Positions 37,901 through 46,000 of a stretch of DNA of 64,000 nt are shown here, one piece after another (within the stretch, counting starts at the first letter, position 1; each line of letters begins with the position of its first letter). The translations under genes and the position numbers were made by a program. This DNA comes from Streptococcus sp. GTDB lineage: Bacteria > Bacillota > Bacilli > Lactobacillales > Streptococcaceae. Location of the stretch: NCBI RefSeq assembly GCF_032481935.1, contig NZ_JAWERU010000002.1, forward strand, positions 6,592 to 70,591, read 5' to 3'. The notes beneath the pieces are model-generated. The model saw only the letters and a program-made list of their open reading frames with translations. It ran no database searches and was not told where the DNA came from.

Positions 37901-40866
37901 TTACGGCGCAAAATGCAAATGCAAGTATGCTAGTGCCATTTGTCACTTACATGCTAAATAGTTGGAAATCAGGTACAAAAGCAAGATTAACAAATTCTGT
38001 TGCCAAGGGTATCCTTGATGTTAAAAATACTAGAAACGTTGGTGGTATTGCCTCTAAAACATGGCCATATGGAGCTGTACAAGATAACGTAACATATGCT
38101 AAAGTAATCAAAGGTCATGAAATATTTGGTTCTAACGATGTTAACGATGAAGATGGTGGCCCACATATTAAAGACCTTTTTGGCGTAGTTGGCTATAGCT
38201 CAGCTGAGGATGGTACTGGTAAAGATACCAAGAGTCCTAAAAAACTCAAACATTTGACTAAGGAAGAAGCTGATAAGCGTGTTGCTGGTTACAATATTAC
38301 AGCTGATAAATTCATAAGTGAATCTTATGAATTGAACAAGTTGAACAATGTAAGCACCCGTGAAGCAGCTTATGAGTCTATTCAAGACTACAATCCAGAC
38401 TATAAACTTGCTTATAAGAATATTGAAAAAATACAACCATTCTATAACAAAGATTTTATCGTTAATCAAGCTAATAAATTAGATAAGAACCACAAGTTAA
38501 ATACTAAAGAAGTTATTTCTGTTACTCCAATGAATGATAATAACTTTGTAACAGATCTAAGTGTTGCAAACAAAATTATTGTTCACTATGCTGATGGAAC
38601 AAAAGATTACTTCAACCTATCTTCTAGTGATGAGGGTCTAAGTAATGTTAGAGAATACACTGTAACAGACTTAGGTATTAAATATACACCTAATATCGTT
38701 CAAAAAGATCATAGTGCTTTAATTAACGGTATCGTAAATATCTTAAACCCTATCGAGCTTCAATCTGATCCAATTTACCAAAAACTTGGCAGAACAGGAC
38801 CTAATAAAGTAAATGCGATTAAAAATCTATTCTTAGAAGAAAGTTTCGACTATGTAAAAGCTAATCTTAATACATTAGTAACTAAACTAGTTGAAAATGA
38901 AGATCACCAACTTAATAATTCTCCCGCAGCTCAACAAATGATTCTTGATAAAGTTGAGAAAAATAAAGCTGCCCTATTATTAGGTTTAACATACTTAAAC
39001 CGTTACTACGGCGTTAAATTTGGTGATGTTAATATTAAAGAATTAATGTTATTCAAACCTGATTTCTATGGTAAAAACGTTGATGTTCTTGATAGATTAA
39101 TTGAAATTGGATCTAAAGAGAATAATATCAGTGGTTCAAGAACATACGATGCTTTCGGTGAGGTTCTAGCGAAATACACTAAATCTGGAGATTTAAATGG
39201 TTTCTTAGACTACAACAGAGGATTATTCACTAATATCGATAATATGAATGATTGGTTCATTGATGCGACTAAGGATAAGGTCTATGTAGTAGAAAAAGCT
39301 TCTCAAAATCCAGGAGTTGGCGAACATAAATATCGTGCTTATGACAATTTGACTCGTGGTCTTCATAGAAAAATGATTCTACCTTTGTTGAATCTAGATA
39401 AGACAGAAATGTTCCTCATTTCTACTTACGATACGATGTCTTATGGTACAGCTAATAAGTACAATACTACTTTGGAAAAACTTAAACCGGAGATTGATCT
39501 AGCCGCACAACGTCAGATTAATTATCTTGATTTCTGGCATCGATTGGCCTTGGATAATGTGAAGAATAGATTGTTCAAAGATATCGTCTATCCAGTTTGG
39601 GAAGGATTCTATGTTTGGGGTCACGGTTGGCCAGGCTGGCCTGAACGCTATGGCCAATTCAAAAATAGTACGGAAGTATATGCCCCAATCCGTGAAATCT
39701 ATGGACCTGTAGGAGAATACTACGGTGATAATGGAGCTGTTGCTGGAGCTTATGCAAGTATTTACGATAATCCAAATGATAATCGTGCTAAAGTAACTTT
39801 CGTTATGTCTAATATGATTAGCGAATACGGAGCTTCTGCGTTCACACACGAGACTACACACTTAAATGACCGTCTTGTTTACTTCGGTAATTTTGGTCGT
39901 CGTGAAGGTACAGATGTTGAAGCCTTTGCCCAAGGTATGCTTCAATCACCTGCAACACAAGGCCACCAAGGTGAATATGGAGCTCTAGGATTAAACATGG
40001 CATTTGAAAGACCTAACGATGGTAACCAATGGTATAATACGAATCCAAATGATCTTAAATCACGTGAAGCTATCGATAACTACATGAAAGGTTATAACGA
40101 TACTCTGATGATGTTAGACAATCTTGAGGCTGATGCAGTTCTTGGACAAAATAGTCAAGAATTGAATAATGCTTGGTTCAAGAAAGTTGATAAGCAAATG
40201 AGAGGAAACTCTAAGAACCAATACGATAATGTTCGTGCTCTAAATGATACTGAAAAAGCTATTCAACTTCATTCCGTGAACGACCTAGTAGATAACAACT
40301 TTATGACTAACCGTGGACCAGGAAATGGTATCTATAAACCAGATGACTTTAGTTCTGCATATGTCAACGTCCCTATGATGACAGGTATCTATGGTGGTAA
40401 CACAAGTGAAGGTGCTCCTGGAGGAATGTCATTTAAACATAATACATTCAGATTATGGGGTTACTACGGCTATGAAAAAGGCTTCCTAGGCTATGCTACT
40501 AATAAGTATAAACAAGAGGCTAAGGCTGCAGGTAAGAACACCCTAGGTGATGACTTTATTATCAACAAGATTTCTGAAGGAAAATTCAACAATCTTGAAG
40601 ATTGGAAGAAAGCTTACTATAAAGAAGTGAAAGACAAGGCTACAAATGGTTTGACAACCTTTGAAGTAAATGAAACTAGCATTTCATCTTACAGTGATCT
40701 TCTTCGCTTGTTCAAGGAAGCTGCTGCTAAGGATGCTGCAACCTTAAAAACAGAGAAGAATGGTAATAAGTCTGTGTCAACAAATAATGTAACCAAACTT
40801 AAGGAAGCTGTTTATAAGAAACTTCTTCAACAAACAGATAGCTTTAAAACTTCTATCTTTAAATAA
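34972..40866 (+). CDS. zmpB: M26-family surface zinc metalloprotease (ZmpB-like), 1964 aa
   Basis: YSIRK-type signal peptide (KYSIRKFSVGVGS). N-terminal sortase motif LPNTG (35269-35283) followed by two TM helices. Then 9 x 27-aa repeats, two G5 domains and a region with GGIAG (GLUG-like) motifs. HETTH zinc site at 39847-39861 with a downstream Glu (EAFAQG). C-terminus is LLQQTDSFKTSIFK. The paralogue name rests on recalled similarity to pneumococcal ZmpB and is uncertain. Confidence 0.85.
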   Translation: MNTRKMQFERVIKYSIRKFSVGVGSAVIGTFLLGANNFLVETVSANEVVTPNQVHYRYLAEQELTEAEKALIHHELPSDLKQDDVVYLVYRKKEVNSQQLPNTGSKELALATLGFATASMVVVVMSKKHRNKMLGLLFIGALGGSYFIPQSAQAFENKILVSFNQTIAASSQEDLAKGVIQIEGYEYVGYFKASDFQDQPEQMTTAKGTQEEGHEGESLVQPELPAYTDELTAKGTQEEGHEGESLVQPEAPAYTGEISAKGTQEKGHEGESLVQPELPAYTSEISAKGTQEEGHQGESLVQPELPAYTGELTAKGTQEEGHEGESLVQPEVPAYTGELTAKGTQEEGHEGESLVQPELPAYTGEITAKGTQEAGHEGESLIQPETPAYTGEISAKGTQEEGHQGESLVQPESPAYTGEISAKGTQEAGHQGESLVQPELPEYKVAEATITETETVAVPYTKEYVADDTRYTDEETVIQNGQAGSQLIHRVYKTVNGQKVGDPISTSTETVTAPVNEKISRGTKAIEGQVEEVSFEEIPFETRTEVDSTLPKGTEVVAQAGQNGKKKITKVYKTLKGVKTADAPTISEEVVEVVQDRIIKKGDQILTEPTLTLTHIDKEELERSAKVRYQLVKPTGVTIKSLEVVLKDGDTSLQTVNMSEGDLTANLTNLKYYKDYKIATKMVYDRGNGNEEVVLAEEPLRLDLKKIEIKDILRTDLIKYENQIEMDETRLTSVPTDLSNYYLKVTSNDHKTNLLAVQKIEESTIDGKQVYKVTAVAENLVQRNVDNRFNETYTYYIEKPKASQDGVFYDFGELIQAIQANPAGEFKLGQSMSARNVVPQGKSYITSEFTGKLLSDGDKRFAIHNLEHPLFNVINGGTIKNINFENVDINRSGQNQIATVGFNLKNKGLIEDVKVTGSVTGNNDVAGIVNKIDEDGKVENVAFIGKINSVGNNSTVGGIAGSNYMGFVNRAYVDATITAQNANASMLVPFVTYMLNSWKSGTKARLTNSVAKGILDVKNTRNVGGIASKTWPYGAVQDNVTYAKVIKGHEIFGSNDVNDEDGGPHIKDLFGVVGYSSAEDGTGKDTKSPKKLKHLTKEEADKRVAGYNITADKFISESYELNKLNNVSTREAAYESIQDYNPDYKLAYKNIEKIQPFYNKDFIVNQANKLDKNHKLNTKEVISVTPMNDNNFVTDLSVANKIIVHYADGTKDYFNLSSSDEGLSNVREYTVTDLGIKYTPNIVQKDHSALINGIVNILNPIELQSDPIYQKLGRTGPNKVNAIKNLFLEESFDYVKANLNTLVTKLVENEDHQLNNSPAAQQMILDKVEKNKAALLLGLTYLNRYYGVKFGDVNIKELMLFKPDFYGKNVDVLDRLIEIGSKENNISGSRTYDAFGEVLAKYTKSGDLNGFLDYNRGLFTNIDNMNDWFIDATKDKVYVVEKASQNPGVGEHKYRAYDNLTRGLHRKMILPLLNLDKTEMFLISTYDTMSYGTANKYNTTLEKLKPEIDLAAQRQINYLDFWHRLALDNVKNRLFKDIVYPVWEGFYVWGHGWPGWPERYGQFKNSTEVYAPIREIYGPVGEYYGDNGAVAGAYASIYDNPNDNRAKVTFVMSNMISEYGASAFTHETTHLNDRLVYFGNFGRREGTDVEAFAQGMLQSPATQGHQGEYGALGLNMAFERPNDGNQWYNTNPNDLKSREAIDNYMKGYNDTLMMLDNLEADAVLGQNSQELNNAWFKKVDKQMRGNSKNQYDNVRALNDTEKAIQLHSVNDLVDNNFMTNRGPGNGIYKPDDFSSAYVNVPMMTGIYGGNTSEGAPGGMSFKHNTFRLWGYYGYEKGFLGYATNKYKQEAKAAGKNTLGDDFIINKISEGKFNNLEDWKKAYYKEVKDKATNGLTTFEVNETSISSYSDLLRLFKEAAAKDAATLKTEKNGNKSVSTNNVTKLKEAVYKKLLQQTDSFKTSIFK
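35584..36300 (+). repeat. 81-bp (27-aa) tandem repeat, about 9 copies, inside zmp gene 1
   Basis: Unit AKGTQEEGHEGESLVQPELPAYTGE(I/L)(S/T). I measured an 81-nt period (for example 35587 to 35668). Copies differ by a few substitutions. Confidence 0.95.
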
Positions 40867-40875
40867 TCCAAAGCT

Positions 40876-40904
40876 CTCATCTGCTTAGCAGGTGGGAGTT
40901 TTTT
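40876..40904 (+). terminator. Terminator after zmp gene 1
   Basis: 9-bp stem CTCATCTGC / GCAGGTGGG (two G-U pairs) followed by TTTTTT. Confidence 0.65.
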
Positions 40905-41024
40905 GGTAATCAAGAAGATTATTGATTTTCCAAACAGATTCTAAGTATTTTTAGCAAGGTAGGTATATAATAGAACTACAAAGCCAATATCTATATTCAT
41001 ATAACAAAAAAGAAGGTGATGAAG

Positions 41025-41585
41025 ATGAAAACATGGCAAGCAACTGTATTGGTCTGCACTAGTCAGGTTTGTCTATCGGCTTGTAACAATCAGATGGAGA
41101 ACCAAGCTGATAAGCAAAATAGAGACAAAAATGCGCAAGTTAGTTCTCAAATGGCAAAACAAGGTGAAGCAGTTCCAGACTTTGAGCTTATGGGAGTTGA
41201 TGGTAAAACCTATCGCCTATCAGATTACAAAGGCAAAAAGGTCTATCTCAAATTTTGGGCTTCATGGTGTTCTATTTGTCTAGCCAGCCTCCCTGATACC
41301 GATGAACTGGCAAAAGAAGCTGGCGATGACTTTGTAATCTTGACAGTCGTTTCTCCTGGTCAAAAAGGCGAGCAAGCAGAAGAAGGCTTCAAGAAATGGT
41401 ATCAGGGCTTGGACTATAAAGATTTACCAGTATTGTTAGACCCTTCGGGACAACTTTTGGCGAGTTACGGAGTTCGTTCTTATCCGACTCAGGCCTTTAT
41501 TGATAAGGAAGGTAGACTCGTTAAGACCCAACCAGGTTTTATGGACAAAGAAACTATTTTACAGACGCTAAAAAGCATAGATTAG
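41025..41585 (+). CDS. etrx: Surface thioredoxin-fold lipoprotein (Etrx/TlpA/ResA-like)
   Basis: Lipobox LSAC and the thioredoxin motif WASWCSIC. Immediately upstream of membrane-anchored msrAB. The start could be 41016, 41019 or 41025; 41025 has the best RBS spacing. Confidence 0.85.
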   Translation: MKTWQATVLVCTSQVCLSACNNQMENQADKQNRDKNAQVSSQMAKQGEAVPDFELMGVDGKTYRLSDYKGKKVYLKFWASWCSICLASLPDTDELAKEAGDDFVILTVVSPGQKGEQAEEGFKKWYQGLDYKDLPVLLDPSGQLLASYGVRSYPTQAFIDKEGRLVKTQPGFMDKETILQTLKSID

Positions 41586-41594
41586 AGGCTCATC

Positions 41595-42710
41595 ATGAAT
41601 GATAAATTAAAAATAATTGTATTCATTGGAATCATCATTTGCATTATTATCGGAATTTTATTTCTTTTGGAAAAAAGGAGCGCAAGCTACACAGATACCA
41701 CTCAAATCGAGAAGGCAGCAGTTAGTCAAGGACAAAAGGCCAAGAAAAAAACTGATTCAAGTAAAGATGCTGACTTGCATGAAATCTATCTAGCTGGAGG
41801 TTGTTTCTGGGGAGTCGAAGAATATTTTTCACGAGTAGCAGGTGTGACAGATGCTGTCTCTGGTTATGCTAATGGTAGAGGAGAAACAACCCAGTATGAA
41901 TTGATCGGCCAAACTGGGCATGCTGAGACTGTTCATGTGACCTATGATGCCAATCAAATCTCTCTAAAAGAGATCTTGCTTCATTATTTCCGCATTATCA
42001 ATCCAATCAGCAAGAATAAGCAGGGAAATGATGTGGGGACTCAGTACAGAACAGGAGTCTACTATACAGATGAGAAAGATTTAGAAGTCATCAATCAAGT
42101 TTTTGACCAAGTTTCTAAGAAGTACGACCAACCTCTAGCGGTTGAAAAGGAAGCCTTAAGCAATTTTATCGTGGCTGAAGATTACCACCAAGACTATCTC
42201 CAGAAAAACCCTAATGGCTATTGCCATATCAATGTCAATCAAGCATCCTATCCTGTTATTGATGCAAGTCAATATCCAAAACCGAGCGACGATGAATTGA
42301 AAAAACTTTTGTCTCCAGAGGAGTATGCCGTGACACAAAATGGTCAAACAGAACGTGCCTTTTCAAATCGTTACTGGGATAAATTTGAAGCAGGTCTTTA
42401 TGTGGATGTTGCGACTGGCGAACCTCTCTTTTCTTCGAAAGATAAATTTGAATCGGGCTGTGGTTGGCCAAGTTTTACCCAGCCTATCAGTCCAGATGTT
42501 GCGACCTACAAGGAAGACAAGTCATACAATATGGTCAGAACGGAAGTCAAAAGTCGAACAGGGAATTCTCACCTAGGACATGTCTTTACAGATGGACCTA
42601 AGGACAAGGGAGGTCTACGCTATTGTATCAATAGTCTGTCCATTCGCTTTATTCCTAAGGATCAAATGGAAGAAAAGGGCTATGGCTATTTGTTGGATTA
42701 TGTTGAGTAA
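41595..42710 (+). CDS. msrAB2: Membrane-anchored extracellular MsrA-MsrB fusion (MsrAB2-like)
   Basis: N-terminal TM anchor ([19 protein letters not shown]), MsrA GGCFWG, and MsrB GCGWPSF and RYCINS. Confidence 0.9.
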   Translation: MNDKLKIIVFIGIIICIIIGILFLLEKRSASYTDTTQIEKAAVSQGQKAKKKTDSSKDADLHEIYLAGGCFWGVEEYFSRVAGVTDAVSGYANGRGETTQYELIGQTGHAETVHVTYDANQISLKEILLHYFRIINPISKNKQGNDVGTQYRTGVYYTDEKDLEVINQVFDQVSKKYDQPLAVEKEALSNFIVAEDYHQDYLQKNPNGYCHINVNQASYPVIDASQYPKPSDDELKKLLSPEEYAVTQNGQTERAFSNRYWDKFEAGLYVDVATGEPLFSSKDKFESGCGWPSFTQPISPDVATYKEDKSYNMVRTEVKSRTGNSHLGHVFTDGPKDKGGLRYCINSLSIRFIPKDQMEEKGYGYLLDYVE

Positions 42711-42788
42711 TCTTGAGATTATTAAAAAGTGTTTACTTGAAATATATTTTAATTCATAAGAAGTGTAGAATTTGGATTATAGAAGCGA

Positions 42789-42943
42789 TTGGGCAATTTA
42801 ATCGAACGTGTTGGAATCACTCCTGAAAATTTTTGATTTTGAAAACAAGTAAGGTGAAAGCTATCCGTTTTTCAATGCTTGAAGCTATTTGTAAAGAACT
42901 GGGGTGTCAGCCAGGTGATATATTGGAATATGTACCAGACTAA
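42789..42943 (+). pseudogene. Truncated, frameshifted remnant of a YozG-like XRE-family HTH regulator
   Basis: One frame reads LGNLIERVGITPENF then TGA (42834-42836). The -1 frame continues KFLILKTSKVKAIRFSMLEAICKELGCQPGDILEYVPD and stops. Joined, they match the small Cro/CI-type regulator consensus (…GIT..NLS.LK.GK.KAIRF.TL..IC..L.CQPGDILEY). About 15 N-terminal residues and an ATG are missing. The shift lies in an A4T5 run. Confidence 0.6.
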
Positions 42944-42947
42944 AAAT

Positions 42948-42977
42948 GTGGTTCAGCCAATGCTGATCCACTTTTTT
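42948..42977 (+). terminator. Terminator after the HTH remnant
   Basis: 10-bp stem GTGGTTCAGC / GCTGATCCAC (one mismatch) followed by TTTTTT. Confidence 0.65.
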
Positions 42978-43094
42978 ATTTAAAAAATATCAATTTATCT
43001 CGAAAATATTTTGTAAAAAAATCAACAAAATATTATAATAAGATTATGAAAACGGAATAAAGGAGATGTCTTTAAGGACAAGAACGAAGCTGAT

Positions 43095-46000
43095 ATGGAA
43101 GATAGAAAAAAGCTACAAAAATTTGCCATTCGTAAACTGAGCATGGGAGTGGGCTCGGTATTGATTGGACTTGCCTTCATTGGAGGAACACTTGAACCGA
43201 AACTGGTTCAGGCTGATGAAACCAAGCAAGTTTCCTTTCATTACTTAGCAGAATCGGAGTTGACAGCTGCTGAACGTGAACTCATTCATCATGAATTGCC
43301 ACAAGATCTTAGTCAAGAGAGCTATTATCTAGTTTATCGCAAGCAGGGACAAGCCGTCTTACCTCAAACAGGATCCGTCACCTTCCCCTTGGCTGGTCTT
43401 GGTCTTTTGACTGCTAGTTTGGTGGTTTTCCTATTTTCCAAGAAAAAACCTTCTAAGATAGTTGGAGTGTTATTGATTGCTTCTGTAGGTAAGAGTTTAT
43501 TACTACCTTATCAAGTATTTGCTTTTGAACACAAGGACTTACTAGCTTATGATCAGACTAAAACCCTTGTGTCTGCTGATGGTTTATCACAAGGGATTAT
43601 AGACATTAAAGGCTATGACTATGTTGGTTATTTATTAGAGTCGGATTTAAGAGGAAGAGGCCAAGATCTAACGTCTAGTGGAAATCCAGAAATTCCTGCA
43701 AAGCCAGTAAATCAAGCAGGCGTTCATGAAATTCCTGAATTCACAGGTGGCGTATCTGGCGACTCCTTAGTCGAGCCAACAAAACCAACATTTGAAGGTG
43801 GAGTCAATGGCCCAGGTGCAGTAGCTGAAGCCATACCAGAGTATACACCGGAATTTAGCAGTCAAAGTGGCCTTCCAGAAGTCCGCAAAAAACCAGAATT
43901 TACAGGCGGAGTATCAGGCGAATCCTTTGTTGAGTCGTCTAAACCATCATTTGAGGGTGGTGTCAATGGCCCAGGAGCAGTAGCTGAAAGCTTACCAGAG
44001 TATACACCAGAATTTGGCAGTCAAAGTGGTCTTCCAGAAGTCCACGAGAAACCTGCCTTTACAGGCGGAGTATCAGGCGAATCCTTGGTCGAGCCAACAA
44101 AACCAACATTTGAGGGTGGTGTTAATGGCCAAGGAGCAGTAGCTGAAGCATTACCAGAGTACACACCAGAATCGAGTAGTCAAAGTGGCGTGCCAGAAGT
44201 CCACGCCAAACCAGACTTCACAGGCGGTGTATCCGGCGAATCCTTAGTTGAGCCAACAAAACCAACATTTGAAGGAAGCGTCAATGGTCAAGGAGCAGTA
44301 GCTGAAAGCTTACCAGATTATGAAGGTGGTGCAGTTCCAGTTGATACTCTGAAACAGGAGATTCCAGAGTTTACAGGTGGCGTATCCGGCGAATCCTTAG
44401 TCGAGCCGTCAAAACCAACATTTGAAGGTGGAGTTAATGGCCCAGGTACAGTAGCCGAAGACTTACCAGAGTATGAAGGTGGTGCAGTTCCAGTTGATAC
44501 TCTGAAACAGGAGCACCCAGAGTTCACAGGCGGCGTATTCGGCGAATCCTTGGTTGAGCCAACAAAACCAACATTTGAGGGTGGTGTTAATGGCCAAGGA
44601 GCAGTAGCTGAAACTTTACCAGAGTATGAAGGTGGTGCAGTTCCAGTTGAAACTTTGAAACAGGAACTATCCGAGTTTACAGGTGGCGTTAATGGTGAAC
44701 CGCTTGTTGAGCCTGCCCGACCTAGCTATGAAGGCGGAGTTAATGGCCTGGGTGCAGTGTCCGAAGCCTTACCAGAGTATGCACCAGAATTGAGTAGTCA
44801 AAGTGGCGTGCCAGAAGTCCATGACAAATCAGAGTTCACAGGCGGTGTATCAGGCGAATCTTTAGTTGAGCCGTCTAAACCAATATTTGAAGGTGGCGTT
44901 AATGGTCCGGGTACAGTAGCTGAAAGCCTACCAGATTATGAAGGAGGCGCAGTCCCAGTTGACACTCTGAAACAGGACACACCTAGCTATAGTGGTGGTG
45001 TGAATGCTACTGAAGCGCTGATTCAGGATACAAACCCGACTTTACATATTGAAGTCCGAAAAGAGTTGATTCCTAAACAAACTAGGGAAAAGATTGATCC
45101 AGACATGCTTGTCGGTGAAACAAGAATTGAGCAAGTCGGTCAAGATGGTGAGAAAGAGATTGTTACCAGCTATGAGGAAAAAGATGGGAAACGTATTTCA
45201 GAGCCGAAAGAAACAACACGGATTTTAAAAGAAGCTAAAGATCAGGTTATCATCCGTGGCAGTAAGGAAAAAGAAAAAATTAAACCTGAACCTGTCCTAA
45301 CTCTTTCAACTATTACTGGAAATTCGATGGGCCGTTCAGCTCGCCTAAGTTATAACTTGGAGAAGGCAGATGGTGTTACCATTTCAAAAATTAGTGCCAC
45401 TATTAAAGCTAAAGGGCTAGAGGATCAGACTCTTGACTTGACGAGTGATCAGCTGGAAGCAACAGTTGATAATCTGAAACTTTATACGGATTACACCATA
45501 TCTACAAGGATGGTCTTTAATCGTGGCAAGGGTGAAGAGAGCACTCTACTTGAGGAAAAGAAGCTTCGTTTAGAACTTAAAAAGCTAGAAATAAAAGATA
45601 TCAAGAAAACAAGCCTTGTTAAGGTTGAAAATGGCAAAGAGTCTGTGATTCAGCACTTGACAGAAGTGCCAAGAAACTTGGAAGACTATTATCTCAAGAT
45701 TAATTCAGAGGACCATAAGACTAGCCGTTTAGCCATCAAGTCTATTCAAACTGAAAGAATAAACGGAAAAGACTATTACAAGGTGACTGCTGAGGCAACT
45801 GACTTGATTCAACGTAATGCTCAGAAAACCTTTGAAGAAGGCTACAGTTACTACTTGGCTAAGTCAAGTGCTGATTCTCCTACGATTTCTGGTGTAAAAG
45901 AATACGCTTATCAGGATATCCAAGATTATGATAGTCGCCATGATCAAGCCTATCGAAACCTTGAAAAATTGCAACCTTTCTACAATAAAGAATGGATTGT

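Noticed and set aside
43066-43140. Possible 24-codon upstream ORF overlapping the start of the second metalloprotease, preceded by AGGAG
   Set aside because: The AGGAG directly abuts the ATG (0-nt spacer), which is incompatible with normal initiation. The peptide has no features. Still worth noting: the real ATG at 43095 has only a weak RBS.
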